Notes: a model not told the origin generated them from the letters alone. A stretch of DNA of 64,000 nt from Balanoglossus misakiensis (GCA_040954595.2 CM082581.2:1108699-1172698), one strand, 5' to 3'; counted from the stretch's first letter, positions 23,183-36,814 are shown. A program made the numbers and translations.

Positions 23183-24180
23183 GGGCTGGGGGCTGCAGGC
23201 AGAATATATGACCAAAGGATACGCGTGAAAAAAAGACAATTACCTACTTTGCTACCGTGGGTCTTTGACTAATTAAAACATGATAACGTGCATCAAAGCC
23301 AGCCGAGGCTTCAGGGGCATAGTATTCCTGAGTTTATACGCGAAGAAACCAAGAAATATTCATGAGTATGTAGACGGAACTTGTCTTTTAGCTCAAATTT
23401 GACCTGGCTTGAGGTCACTGTGACAGCGCAGCCAGCGGTAGAATTGGGGTAGGCATGAAGAACATATCTACTACAAAAACTGGTGAGGGCGGGGGGGGAG
23501 ATGGGGGGGGGGGTGGTGGCTTTTCAGTTTAGTCACGGTCCTTGGTTTTGGCCTTCGGCTTCACTAGAAAAAACCAAAAAACCACAATGCCGAAGGCCAA
23601 CTCGTCGAAGCACCTGGTACGTCTATGGCAGAAGTCAGTATTTACATGTTCTGACTCGGTACACGCCATGCACTTGCCAAGAGATTCCACGAGGAATACC
23701 ATGATGATGAACGGCTCGGGCGTCTTCGTGTGCACGAAGACACGATACTAGACTTCATTGACCCTGTCTCATTCTTTTCTTTTCATGCGCATAAGGACAT
23801 GAAAAGTCGACCTAACCTTTTGTTTTATCACTTACTGTGGTTTTATAGGGATGCTGTGAGTGAAAAAGTGGCACATTCGGGTTGTTGCCTTATACTTAAT
23901 TTCTCCATTTCTATTGGAGCAGGCTACACCGGGCCCAGGGTCGAACTTAAACCAATTTGCAGCCGTGATGGTCGAACAATGTCCGACAAACTTTAGGCAC
24001 GTCAAGCTTATGCCTTCCTGGGTCGCCCGACAAGAATGAACTTCTATTTTAACGATAGGGCCTATTCCAATCAATACCCGCCGTATCAGTCACGCAATAA
24101 TGAACACGAAATCCAGATCCCCCAGAATGATGTTTCACTAGACTCGGGGAGAGTGCTGTTTAGTACCAACAGGCAATTAA

Positions 24181-24325
24181 AGGTATACGGTCACCTATGG
24201 AAAATTAGCTATAGTTACCATGGCAAATTGAGATGTAGCCAATCACAGATTTTTAGTGGGTGGCACACGCGAAAAAAGAGCGCCGCCATATGTTCTCATC
24301 TCAGCCATATATGGTCCTATGTAAC
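24181..24325. mobile_element. Partial inverted copy of the 8073-8257 MITE
   Basis: TTAA-AGGTATACGGTCACCTATGGAAAATTAGCTATA...AGCCAATCACAGATTTT...CAGCCATATATGG. Confidence 0.7.
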
Positions 24326-26869
24326 CACCTCATGTCATTTACAGAATTGGAACACCCTAAAGAATGTCATGCAGACAATGTCACGTGTTGTTCCATGACC
24401 AACCAAACAACAAACTCATGTCCAAATCAATTAAATTCCAAAGAATGCTCCAAATATGCAGAATTGCCACGCAAGTCGAGCATACTTAAGCACTCTGCAC
24501 AACTGAAACATAAAATCCAAGCTTTTAACAATACAACAATAAACAATCCATTCTGATCGAATTAATGACCAAATAAAACGAAAAACACAACTCGACCCAC
24601 AAAAAGTATACGAAGCGCTTTTAATCGCTCATTAATGTTTGATCTCGAGGAGACGTGTTAAAAAATCCGCTATGAAAAGCAGGGGAGAACAATAGCCTAT
24701 TTTTACCAGGTAAACAAACACCAGGTAAAAATCCACCCATGCTTCCAGACCGCTCTAGGATAGTGATCCACCCAATGAAACTGTATCTCTTTAACTTTAA
24801 TTTGCAAACTCGTGGAATTGATCATTTTATAAATCGCTCCATTTTGACGTTTTCTCTGTGGTTTGTTAATACAAATTTTGTCTGTGCCAAATCTGTCCTC
24901 TAATACTGTCACTTGTATTAGAGTTCAAATAACACAGAAGTATAATACAACGTTTTGAAAAAGACAGACATTTTTCGTGGGAACGGTGATATACTTAGGC
25001 CACACTCGAGCTAAAAACAAAAGTCTATATTTTATCAAAAATGCCTTGGACGCACAAACATCTACAGGATGTGGAAGGGGCGGGTCAAAACCGCGATCTA
25101 CAACTGTGCCTCCCCCCCCCCCCCCGGGCTGTCTTGCTTCTATTTGGAGTGTCAATGTGTGATTTAGCGTTGTTTGCGGCAGATACTAAGCTTTGTTCTT
25201 GTTTCACTCCATTTGCTGCATTGTGCTGTGCTCTGGTATTTCTCCAGGGTCTACGGTTACACTATAGGCTGATTAGTCGTATCTTTACTACACAGACAAA
25301 AAACTTCGAAGCTTTATGTCTGTGCCTTTTATGAACAAGCATCGTCCGATTCGAATTCGACTCGTCATCGGTAGCTATGTTTATTTCGCCCTTGGAGACC
25401 TCCCCTGGCCTCGTTAGGATGACTGTTACCAGGACTACCTTAAACCAATCTTTTCGAACCGGACGGTACACACGACATGTCTATGTTAATTGTCCAGGTA
25501 CCAGAGTGTACGTGTGGGCTCCCTAAACCCCTCATTGGCGGCCGGTCCCTGTCCGAATAAACACGTTTGACAGACAAAAAATGATGAACAAGTGGCTTAC
25601 TTCAATACTTCGTTAACTAGACGGCTGAACTCTGAATGTTGATTCAGCAAAAAAAATGTGTTTACGGCAAGGTTTTGATCAATACGACACATTTACCATT
25701 GAAAACGCCCAAAGTAAGTGGGGGCGTTTGACCATCAATCAAACCCACGCCCAGGTGCATGTGAACGGCCGAAGCAGTGTAACGTTTCACATTCCGTGCA
25801 ACGTCCGACACTGTGTGAAAGCGGTTGCTGTCGGGTGGCTTGACCTAATTTTCGTACATTGATATGCATTTGACACCTCACTACCTGTTTTCTTAATATT
25901 GCTAAAACTTTGCGTTGAAATATCACTGAAATGTTGATGATCCACGCACAAGTCGTCTACCCCGACATGAAAAGCTTTTATACAAGAAAACTAATTGCAC
26001 ATGACCACCAAGGTCATACCGCAAGGTGTGTCTAAATGTCAAGGAAGGACATTGGGAGGGGGGACTTGGGTCGAGAACGACCATGACGGAGGAAAAACCG
26101 ACAAGTCATTGTGTAACCTGTTTACTTGCCAATAGTCAAACGTCAAAATTTACTCTCAACTTGGTTGCAGATCGAGTCTCCCGAATTTCCAACTTTTATG
26201 ATTGGGTAAATACCGATATGCGACTGGTATGCGACGCGTTGACGACGCGAAGATTTTGTTGAAATCAAATGGTTTGTCAAATGTCATCTCACAGTGGAGA
26301 TACCGTGGTCATCTGACATGAAAGGGTTCGATTGGGTCTGACCGCCGTCGTTCATCCATGCTTAGAAAGCGGCGATCATGGTACAATGTAAAACCAAGGT
26401 CAAACCTTACTGAACACATGTATTGCATGGAGAAACTTTTCTCCCTGTCTGTGTACTGAACACGTACCGTGATTGCCATAGTTACAAACGTTACCACGTG
26501 AGAGAGAGTGCATTTTACATCTGTCTTTTCAATTTTGTTGCTTTCTTACTATTCGGAATGATGGAGTCGAAACGAAAACTTTTTGCTTCAGGTGGACCTA
26601 GGGGAAATACCTTATTTGTGACTTTTTTCATGACCCTAAAAAGACGTCGGAATTAATGTGGCTGAGGTCACTCAGGACGACGGAATGGTTGAGCGATTTT
26701 ATTTTATGAGCTCCCACTAGTATTTGTTTTATTGTTTCGGCAGTGTGTCGCGTTATTCGAGCAATCTGCAGTCTGAAAACGAACGGTTTTCAAAGTTTAT
26801 AACAGAAGAACAGGGGTTTAAGCATGAAAGGTCCTGTTGTCTCCCTCGCTGTGTTTGTGTCACTGTGTC

Positions 26870-27078
26870 TTTGACGTCTGACTGACTGATTAACTGGCTG
26901 ACTGACTTACTGACTGTCTGTCAACGTCGGTCTGTCTGACTGTCTGCCCCGTCTCTCTGAGAGAGAGAGTGAGCGAGCGAGCGAGCGAGCGACCGATGAG
27001 TGTCTCTACTGATGAATGTTGCTCTGTCTGTCTGCTTGTGTCTGTCTGCCACTCTGCCTGTTTCACTCTGTCTCTCCT
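26870..27078. repeat. Compound degenerate microsatellite (GACT)n/(GA)n/(GAGC)n/(GTCT)n
   Basis: Visible short tandem units. Confidence 0.8.
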
Positions 27079-27706
27079 AATTTCTTTAAATTTAGGGATA
27101 TGCTATTAATGCGATATGAAAGTCAGACACGACGGAAACCTTTTATTCTCAAAACTGTCTGTTGTTTGCTGTTAAATATTGCAAAAGGTTAAGGGCCCTT
27201 TTCGCACGAGACACATGGCTTTGCAGCCGTAGCTCCCAATGTCATAACGATTACCCGAACTACCCTAATTTTAGCCCGCCGACCCAAAACAGTTTAGATC
27301 TTCGTTAACCGGAAGTAAAAATAACGATGTCAAATATACAACAATTCATGAAAATTGCGAGAATCACGCAAGAACTATGATGTCATTCTTCTACACTACG
27401 ACGGCCAAAGATATAAAAAAATTGAAAAATAAAAAAATGTCCCTTTCTACCTACCCTATTTTTGAAAACCATGTAATCGGAATAGCACATATTAGTTTTT
27501 TTGGCCTGAGACATATCCAATTTCCCAACTGAACATGACACGTGATCAAGCATTTTCGACTTATCAGATGCAATCGCTGAACACCTCACACTAAGCGAGG
27601 TTTTGTCTGTCTTTATACGCGCCCTTTGTATTTGTGCGTGACATGTCCAAGCCTTGTTAGGATCTCCCATAAAATTCTACTCAATGATGTATACTTTCAT
27701 ACTTAC

Positions 27707-27788
27707 GACTGACAGGTATTTTCAGCGTTGCCAGCTGATTGTTTGTCAGGTACCGCTTTATAACAAGACGCCCCTCTGAGTTGATAAC
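27707..27788 (-). pseudogene. Exon: C-type lectin N-terminal part
   Basis: cag|...|gtaagt, 82 bp, phase 1-2. Reads GYQLRGASCYKAVPDKQSAGNAENTCQS and joins in frame to FYGGHL. Confidence 0.9.
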
Positions 27789-27855
27789 CTGCAATGTAAC
27801 ATCATTCAATTGGTCTAGTCATGTTAGCATTAGTAAAATGCTTCAAAAGTGTTAA

Positions 27856-28146
27856 AGGGACATGATACAAGACACCGTTTATGTTAGTGAATGAACGTTC
27901 AACCACACACAACTTCCATCCCGCTTGTATGATACGAGAGTAAAAACCCGCCCGAAATGAATAAATGGTAGAGACCGTTTATTCATTTTGGCGACTTTTT
28001 AAAACTCTCGTGTCTATACAAGCGGAGTGGAAGGTGTGTATGGTTGAACGTTGATTCACTATATCCACATGTAGAATAATATAAACGCAGTCTTGTATCA
28101 AACATAATTAATGGAAAAAGGGCAGCGAGAGAGAGACTTTGTCCCT
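27856..28146. mobile_element. Copy of the palindromic TTAA MITE
   Basis: TTAA-AGGGACA...TTTGTCCCT-TTAA, with the left arm partly deleted. Confidence 0.85.
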
Positions 28147-28487
28147 TTAATGAATACAGCCACAATGTTCTGTTTATATCTACTGACGGACCAGGCATGG
28201 ATTGTCACGTATAATTCTTTGAAACGTTTGGTCCTCTGAAGAAATCTGAGCACTCATCTACTCAGTTTGCTTATTTTGTCTTCCTCCACCAGTCAGTGGT
28301 ATCGTCCGATTTGATACTCCACTCTAAGCCTCTTTCTGAATGGCTATTTAAGTTGTGATCTGTAAGTCTTAAACCTTTCATCACCCCCCCCCCCCCGTTT
28401 CCTCTTTAGAGGTCCAACATTACCATAGAAAACAATTGGTTTTGACTGAACCATGTTGGTGAAAGGGCTAGGGTCAATTCAACTTAC

Positions 28488-28545
28488 CTTCTGGACATTC
28501 ATATTTCACAAAGGGTGTTCCAAACAGTGCTCCAAGATCCAATTG
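28488..28545 (-). pseudogene. Exon: N-terminal segment leading into the lectin domain
   Basis: cag|...|gtaagt, 58 bp, phase 0-1. Reads QLDLGALFGTPFVKYECPE and gives CPEGY..CY when joined to the next exon. Confidence 0.8.
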
Positions 28546-28939
28546 CTGTTACAAATAAACAATAAGTTAGCTGCCAGTACACTCAATGATGTACGCGCAG
28601 AACGTCAACTGGTAAACAGTGCGCCTGTGTCTCTTCCCATAGGAGTACATGGAGAATAGTTAGAAAACTCCCTTCTATTATTGTCATTTTCAGGAAATTT
28701 TACACATAGCTCCGACAAATCAAAATAAATTCACCACGGTCTATTTTGAGATAAACTTTGTTCAATATTGTATCCATAGGCAAACCATTGGTAGAAAATG
28801 CTGACCGTCAGCAGTTTTCTTCAATTATCGACTAAATTCACGGCCTTGTTTAAAGTCGAAAACAAGTGCAGTGACCCAAAATGGATTTTCATTATACATA
28901 CAAATCAGAAACGAAAATCCACGATTAAAAGAAATGACA

Positions 28940-29236
28940 ATACAAAACACCGTTTATGTTAATGTAAATGTGGATATATAGTGATGCAACGTTCAACCGC
29001 ACACACCTTCCATCCCGCATGTAGACACGAGAGCGAAAACTCGCCAAACTGAAAAATCGGTCTCTACCATTTATTCATTTTGGGCGAGTTTTTACTCTCA
29101 TATCATACAAGCAGGATGGAAGTTGTGTGTGGTTGAACGTTCATTCACTACATATACACATGCCCATTAATATAAACGGTGTCTTGTATCAAACATTATT
29201 AATAGAAAAGGGCGACGGGAGAGAGAGTTTGCCCCT
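28940..29236. mobile_element. Left-truncated copy of the palindromic TTAA MITE
   Basis: Ends GAGAGAGTTTGCCCCT-TTAA, and the interior matches 15208-15556. Confidence 0.8.
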
Positions 29237-30557
29237 TTAAGGCGACATGATGCATGAAGTGGCGAGAGATAAACGCGACTGACCACCGCATTAAACACTG
29301 TCAAGCAAGGCACTTCAAATGCCAATTGTTTAAGTGTGTACTAAGTAATAGCTTCATGTACCATGTCCTGGGGGGGGAGGGGTCAAATCACAACAGTTGG
29401 ACATGTACGAATATGAAGAGACGATATCAGTTTTTTCATGTCTTCCTTTAGTAAACAATCTTTTTTGAACTTTGTATAGAATTCATTGAACTTTACTTTA
29501 GCTTATGAACTCTCATTTGCACATCGTCATCTTGAAATTGTGTCGACTTTATCATAAGGTTTTTATAACTCAACTAGGTCGCAAAACCTATTTAAGTTAG
29601 TGAGAATAGGACGTTCACCTTTTGGGTTGATGGCTACAGACATTAATCCTGACTCATACACATGTTGCAGCCAGTATACTCTGCAGACATTGGACACAAT
29701 AGTTTTACTAACCATTGGATTTTATTGGACCATCAAGTTTATTGACCCATGACGTTCATATAGATTGTATGACACGACTGACGCTATAATCGGTCCATAC
29801 CTTCGGCGAGCCAAGTGTTTTATAACATCATAAGATATTAATACCTATCACCCAGTCAAACGATTTCAAGTTATAAAATTTCCACGCCAATAGGACGCCT
29901 TTAGGTGGAAATGCAACCAGGTATCCTGAATAGGAAAATATTCCGGGTATCTGTCAAGTTTAGTCCCATATTTAGGGGACCAAGAGCCCTCAGGCGCTTG
30001 GTCCCCTTCTGTTATTGCTGGAGTTTGTCTTCTTTCTTCTTGAGTCGTTTTTTTGCGCCCGTTTTTCTCTGAAATTCCGGCAGGTGCGCCTTCCAAATTT
30101 GGCACGGTGGTTGGGGCCCATAGTACTGGTGCACCAGCCCTTTGAATTTGTAATTAGTCACGTGACTTTGTTGCTATAATCGAGCGAAATTTTCAAATTG
30201 ACCTAATTTGCACGTTAATGGGGGCATGTACATTCTTTTCGCGATTTTTGTAGACCATGTGGCCAAAATCCCCTGTGCCAAATTTCAAGGTCCTAGGCCA
30301 CGTCGATTTTGAGAAGAAGATTTTTGTAATATTTTTTCGCTTTTTTTGGTGGGCTGAGGACGGACACTGGGGCATCGGACTTTGACCGTCATTACGTTAT
30401 GTTGTGGAGATCTCATTAGCAGGCTACTCACTTCTGGCGGGTTGCAGTAGTCCTTGGAAAATCGGCTGAAATACGTAAACAGACCAGTGATTATTTTCCA
30501 CGGAATGAATTTTGGGACAACACATTATCGGAGTTCAGGCTGTGTTAGGGCGTTTTA

Positions 30558-33500
30558 TTGAATTACGCTGAGTTTGGATTGACTACTGTGTTACCACTGA
30601 AATTTCTCATAGCAATGTTCTTTCAATTTCGAGTCTTTGCAATGTTGTTGACTCCGACCATATTCCTGTTTCAATAGAGGTTCATTTCAACACTTCTGCT
30701 GATGAAAGCTTCAGCAGTAGTTCCTTCAAGCAATGTAATTTTCGAGTTGATTGGAAAAAATTGTCACAGCAGAATATATCCGCCTACACCGGTTGTACCA
30801 AAGCCAAGATTGATAAGATTAATTTATCCGAAGAGTTATTCTGCACTAATGTGAACTGTACAGACCCTTCGCATTTACAGGCAATTGATACTTGTTATAG
30901 TAGTATTGTGGACGCATTGAATTGTGCTGCAAAAGATACCATTAGACGTAAGTTTCACCAGAAAGTTCATGTTGTGCCTGGCTGGAACGATTTTGTAAAA
31001 GAAAGTCACGACTATGCCCGTTCCATGTTTTTATTATGGGTTAATGTGGGTTAACCTAAACAAGGCCCGCTTTTTGAAACCATGAAATTTTCCAGAGCTC
31101 GTTTTTAGTATGCTTTACGTGCTTGTAAAAAGATTGAGAATCAAAATAGGGCTGACAAGATGGCTGATAATTTACGCTGCCACAAACAGAACGACTTCTG
31201 GGAGGAAGTCAGAAAGCAAACTAGCAGAAAAACGCCGCTTTCTGACACTGTAGGTGGAGCGACTGGTGAGAGTGAAATTGCAATTATGTGGCACAAGCAT
31301 TTCAGTGATATTTTGAATTCTGTCCAGGCTCAGACTGGTAAAAATGACATCGAGGAGAAAATGAAGTATGTTAAATTTTCTTCTGATATGTATGTTTCTG
31401 AAGACGAAGTAATTTCTGCTATACATAAGTTACCTGATGGTAAGACAGCTGGCATTGACAATATTTTAGCTGAGCACCTCAAATTCTCAGACTCCTCTAT
31501 TTTACCCTTTTTGACTTGTTGTATTAATGCAATGATTGTTCATGGTTACCTGCCAACTGAGGCTATCAATGTTAATTTAGTTCCAATTATTAAGGATAAA
31601 ACTAAGCTTTGTAGTGATGCCAGTAACTACCGGCCGATAGCACTAGCAACTGTTTTCTCTAAAGTTTTTGAGCATATTTTACTTTCTCGTTGTGAGGAGT
31701 TTCTTACCTCTCATTATTTACAATTTGGTTTCAAGCGAGAACATTCAACTGACCTGTGTTTATTTGCATTTAAAGAAATCATTAGCTACTACACCAGCAA
31801 TGGAAGACCAGTGTTTACTTGTTTTCTGGATGCTTCAAAAGCTTTTGACAGAGTTAATCACTTTAAACTGGTTATAATTAACAAGCACATCGACAGGAAT
31901 GTTCCCTTGTATGCTGTACGAATTTTATATTAATGGTACAGAAATCAATTGTTTACTGTGTTGTGGGGTAATGAAACCTCAGAGTTGTTTTCTGTTTCTA
32001 ACGGTGTAAGACAAGGGGGGGTACTCTCTCCCTATCTTTTTAATGTCTACATTGATGATATTATCAATGCACTCTGTAAAGCCAAAGTTAGCTGTACCAT
32101 GTGTGGTGTCAGCGCTAACACTTTAGGTTACGCTGACGACATGACTCTACTCAGTCCAAGTATTAAGGGTCTACGCCGTCTTCTTAGAATTTGTGAAATT
32201 TACGGCAAGGATTATGATATCATTTATAATTCTAGTAAAACTGTGTGCATGCTTTTTAATGGGAAGAATATGAGCGTTCAAAGAATTCCTTCGGTTAAAC
32301 TTAATGACATCACTTTAAAGTTTGTACCTGTACACACCTATCTGGGCCATGTTATATCTTGTGATGGTTGTGATAATGAAGATATTGAACGACAGAGAAG
32401 AGCATTTTGTGTAAGAGCAAACATGCTATTGAGACATTTTCAACATTGTAGTCAAGATGTGAAGAAAGTTTTATTTTTGGCATATTGTAGTAATATTTAC
32501 TGTTGCAGTTTGTGGGCATCCTTTAAAGTTAAACCGATGAAAAAAATTAAAACTATGTACAATAATGTTTGCAGAAGATTTCTCGGTCTTCCGCCATTTT
32601 GCTGTGCATCGGGTATGTTTGCTACAAACCATGTACATGTATTGTCACTTGGTGAAGTTTTTAGACGCAATATGTACAGTTTTAAGATGGGTCCCTGGGA
32701 TCTTTTTGCTCGTTGCTGTGGGCCTTTATAGGACATTACACCCCGATTTGGACTAAGCCGTTTTCAGAGTCTAACAAGGGGCTGGTAACTAGTTGAAAAT
32801 CTGCACGATTATGTGCACACCCCCTGTCCGAGTATGTTTACGGCAGCTACCACCCGGCCATAGGCCGCCACGCTAATACGGCAAAGCAGCGGTCAGCGAT
32901 AGCGTGCGCGTCCTGTAACCACAGTAACTGGATCGAACGCTAAAAATCCAATGTTTTGTACACAGAGATTTTGTACCGTTCACGAAAATCCCTAAGGCTT
33001 TTTTCATAGGCCACGTACGCCAGTCAAATTTGACCTGCTTGTTGAGAACGCACTTCCGCACAGTGTGACGGATCGTTTTTTCGGTTTTCGTCGTGCTAAG
33101 AAGCGATACCGGTGGAAGAGTGCGTCCAAAAACACCCAAAATCGATGACTTTTTCAGGTGTGGTACGGGTATGCTGAAATCTTAGGATACAACGATAATA
33201 TTCGAAAACAAAATCCGTCACGATCTTCCCTGGTTCAAGCAACTAATGAATACGTATCAAGTTCGTTTTTGAGGTCACGGAATAAAAAGCCTTAGGCTTT
33301 TGAAATTTGACCTAGCTAATTTTCATATCAATGGCGTCAGGGGGCGCGCGCTCACAATCGTGCAGATTTTCAACTAGTTACCAGCCCCTTGTTAGACTCT
33401 GAAAACGGCTTAGTCCAAATCGGGGTGTAATGTCCTATAAAGGCCCATAGCAACGAGCAAAAAGATCCCAGGGACCCATCTTAAGCGTAGACTCGAAAAT

Positions 33501-33707
33501 TCTTCTAATGTTTTACTTGATGCGATCTGTTCATCAGATAGAGCGACTGACAGCATATTTTTCAAACATTGGCGAAAGCAATTGTATATCATGTAAGTTT
33601 TTTTGTGTGTGTGTCTCAGTGTCAGATTATTATTATTGTTTTTTTTTCTTCTCTCTTTTGGGTATATGGACTTTTTTTAAAGTCTGAAATAAAGAATTGT
33701 TATTATT
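30558..33707 (+). mobile_element. 5'-truncated, inactivated non-LTR retrotransposon (APE end + RT; RTEX-like), copy 1
   Basis: Endonuclease end (WIDYC...SDHIPV). RT motifs NYRPIAL, QFGFK, FLDASKAFDRV, GVRQGGVLSP, YADD and YLG. In-frame stops at 31052, 31106 and 31931. The true C-terminus ...HWRKQLYIM* (33596) lies after the MITE. AATAAA at 33688 is followed by an ATT-like tail. The clade call is inference. Confidence 0.93.
32686..33480. mobile_element. 795-bp MITE, 125-bp TIRs, TTAA TSD, GA..TC termini (Kolobok-like), inserted in the LINE ORF
   Basis: TTAA at 32682-32685 and 33481-33484. TIRs 32686-32810 / 33356-33480 have one visible mismatch. Removing it restores MYSFK-RRLENSSN. Confidence 0.95.
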
Positions 33708-34069
33708 TGTTAGCTGTTGCCATTCAAATGTGTCTACGCAAACCCGGCTACACTGGCAGTGGGCTTTGACTCTAAGTCGCTAATGTTGTGGGAGGTTTCA
33801 TTAGCATTGTAGTCACATGTAGTGGATAGTAGTTTGGGAAATTGCCTGAAATACGTCAGCAGACCAGTGATTTTCTTGCACGAAGGGAGTTTGGTACCAG
33901 CAATAATCAGAGATCAGGCTTCGTTGCCGTTCAAAAGTTCCTACTTCAGTCGTGATGTTGCAACTGGACGTTCAGTATGGGGGTCGGCCCGCAGGTGGCC
34001 GTGTGGGTTATCAGGTCGCCCGTAACGGCACGCAGCTACATGCAGCTGTATGGGACCAAAATAATACAC

Positions 34070-36814
34070 AAGTTCATGTTGTGCCTGGCTGGAACGATTT
34101 TGTAAAAGAAAGTCACGACTATGCCCGTTCCATGTTTTTATTATGGGTTAATGTGGGTTAACCTAAACAAGGCCCGCTTTTTGAAACCATGAAATTTTCC
34201 AGAGCTCGTTTTTAGTATGCTTTACGTGCTTGTAAAAAGATTGAGAATCAAAATAGGGCTGACAAGATGGCTGATAATTTACGCTGCCACAAACAGAACG
34301 ACTTCTGGGAGGAAGTCAGAAAGCAAACTAGCAGAAAAACGCCGCTTTCTGACACTGTAGGTGGAGCGACTGGTGAGAGTGAAATTGCAATTATGTGGCA
34401 CAAGCATTTCAGTGATATTTTGAATTCTGTCCAGGCTCAGACTGGTAAAAATGACATCGAGGAGAAAATGAAGTATGTTAAATTTTCTTCTGATATGTAT
34501 GTTTCTGAAGACGAAGTAATTTCTGCTATACATAAGTTACCTGATGGTAAGACAGCTGGCATTGACAATATTTTAGCTGAGCACCTCAAATTCTCAGACT
34601 CCTCTATTTTACCCTTTTTGACTTGTTGTATTAATGCAATGATTGTTCATGGTTACCTGCCAACTGAGGCTATCAATGTTAATTTAGTTCCAATTATTAA
34701 GGATAAAACTAAGCTTTGTAGTGATGCCAGTAACTACCGGCCGATAGCACTAGCAACTGTTTTCTCTAAAGTTTTTGAGCATATTTTACTTTCTCGTTAT
34801 GAGGAGTTTCTTACCTCTCATTATTTACAATTTGGTTTCAAGCGAGAACATTCAACTGACCTGTGTTTATTTGCATTTAAAGAAATCATTAGCTACTACA
34901 CCAGCAATGGAAGACCAGTGTTTACTTGTTTTCTGGATGCTTCAAAAGCTTTTGACAGAGTTAATCACTTTAAACTGGTTATAATTAACAAGCACATCGA
35001 CAGGAATGTTCCCTTGTATGCTGTACGAATTTTATATTAATGGTACAGAAATCAATTGTTTACTGTGTTGTGAGGTAATGAAACCTCAGAGTTGTTTTCT
35101 GTTTCTAACGGTGTAAGACAAGGGGGGGTACTCTCTCCCTATCTTTTTAATGTCTACATTGATGATATTATCAATGCACTCTGTAAAGCCAAAGTTAGCT
35201 GTACCATGTGTGGTGTCAGCGCTAACACTTTAGGTTACGCTGACGACATGACTCTACTCAGTCCAAGTATTAAGGGTCTACGCCGTCTTCTTAGAATTTG
35301 TGAAATTTACGGCAAGGATTATGATATCATTTATAATTCTAGTAAAACTGTGTGCATGCTTTTTAATGGGAAGAATATGAGCGTTCAAAGAATTCCTTCG
35401 ATTAAACTTAATGACATCACTTTAAAGTTTGTACCTGTACACACCTATCTGGGCCATGTTATATCTTGTGATGGTTGTGATAATGAAGATATTGAACGAC
35501 AGAGAAGAGCATTTTGTGTAAGAGCAAACATGCTATTGAGACATTTTCAACATTGTAGTCAAGATGTGAAGAAAGTTTTATTTTTGGCATATTGTAGTAA
35601 TATTTACTGTTGCAGTTTGTGGGCATCCTTTAAAGTTAAACCGATGAAAAAATTTAAAACTATGTACAATAATGTTTGCAGAAGATTTCTCGGTCTTCCG
35701 CCATTTTGCTGTGCATCGGGTATGTTTGCTACAAACCATGTACATGTATTGTCACTTGGTGAAGTTTTTAGACGCAATATGTACAGTTTTAAGATGGGTC
35801 CCTGGGATCTTTTTGCTCGTTGCTGTGGGCCTTTATAGGACATTACACCCCGATTTGGACTAAGCCGTTTTCAGAGTCTAACAAGGGGCTGGTAACTAGT
35901 TGAAAATCTGCACGATTATGTGCACACCCCCTGTCCGAGTATGTTTACGGCAGCTACCACCCGGCCATAGGCCGCCACGCTAATACGGCAAAGCAGCGGT
36001 CAGCGATAGCGTGCGCGTCCTGTAACCACAGTAACTGGATCGAACGCTAAAAATCCAATGTTTTGTACACAGAGATTTTGTACCGTTCACGAAAATCCCT
36101 AAGGCTTTTTTCATAGGCCACGTACGCCAGTCAAATTTGACCTGCTTGTTGAGAACGCACTTCCGCACAGTGTGACGGATCGTTTTTTCGGTTTTCGTCG
36201 TGCTAAGAAGCGATACCGGTGGAAGAGTGCGTCCAAAAACACCCAAAATCGATGACTTTTTCAGGTGTGGTACGGGTATGCTGAAATCTTAGGATACAAC
36301 GATAATATTCGAAAACAAAATCCGTCACGATCTTCCCTGGTTCAAGCAACTAATGAATACGTATCAAGTTCGTTTTTGAGGTCACGGAATAAAAAGCCTT
36401 AGGCTTTTGAAATTTGACCTAGCTAATTTTCATATCAATGGCGTCAGGGGGCGCGCGCTCACAATCGTGCAGATTTTCAACTAGTTACCAGCCCCTTGTT
36501 AGACTCTGAAAACGGCTTAGTCCAAATCGGGGTGTAATGTCCTATAAAGGCCCATAGCAACGAGCAAAAAGATCCCAGGGACCCATCTTAAGCGTAGACT
36601 CGAAAATTCTTCTAATGTTTTACTTGATGCGATCTGTTCATCAGATAGAGCGACTGACAGCATATTTTTCAAACATTGGCGAAAGCAATTGTATATCATG
36701 TAAGTTTTTTTGTGTGTGTGTCTCAGTGTCAGATTATTATTATTGTTTTTTTTTCTTCTCTCTTTTGGGTATATGGACTTTTTTTAAAGTCTGAAATAAA
36801 GAATTGTTATTATT
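34070..36814 (+). mobile_element. LINE remnant copy 2
   Basis: Near-identical to copy 1, with an extra TGA at 35071-35073. Confidence 0.93.
35793..36587. mobile_element. MITE copy 2
   Basis: Same TIRs and TTAA TSD as 32686-33480. Confidence 0.95.

Larger units (their letters stand above)
8287..28545 (-). pseudogene. uif: uninflatable-like (C-type lectin, [LDLa exon absent], 3 CUB, 4 sushi/CCP, 2 Ca-EGF) multi-exon gene; disrupted, 3' part not in window
   Basis: Sixteen exons were rebuilt by hand with a consistent phase chain. Domain order matches arthropod Uif. The second EGF has the long Uif-type insert (GYLLYANNGTGGFYLPPGETGLSMYDVYTFNQSCV). Lesions: truncated CUB1 exon, in-frame TGA at 16646-16648, non-AG acceptor at 15844-15846, and a frameshift plus truncation in sushi 1. 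Orthology is from recalled similarity, not a search. Confidence 0.85.

Noticed and set aside
23240-23325. Signal-peptide-like minus-strand stretch (MPLKPRLALMHVIMF*)
   Set aside because: It contains stops, lies inside an intron that splits the lectin domain, and does not fit the phase chain.
22140-27700. Many short overlapping ORFs in the large intron
   Set aside because: They have no recognisable domains or consistent splice signals, and several derive from MITE sequence.
29615-29720. Possible first (signal peptide) exon of the uif-like gene
   Set aside because: The minus-strand ATG frame is not hydrophobic and its best donor is phase 1, whereas the next exon needs phase 0.
32686-33480. 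piggyBac assignment for the TTAA-flanked MITE
   Set aside because: The termini are GA..TC rather than the CC..GG typical of piggyBac, so Kolobok-like fits better.
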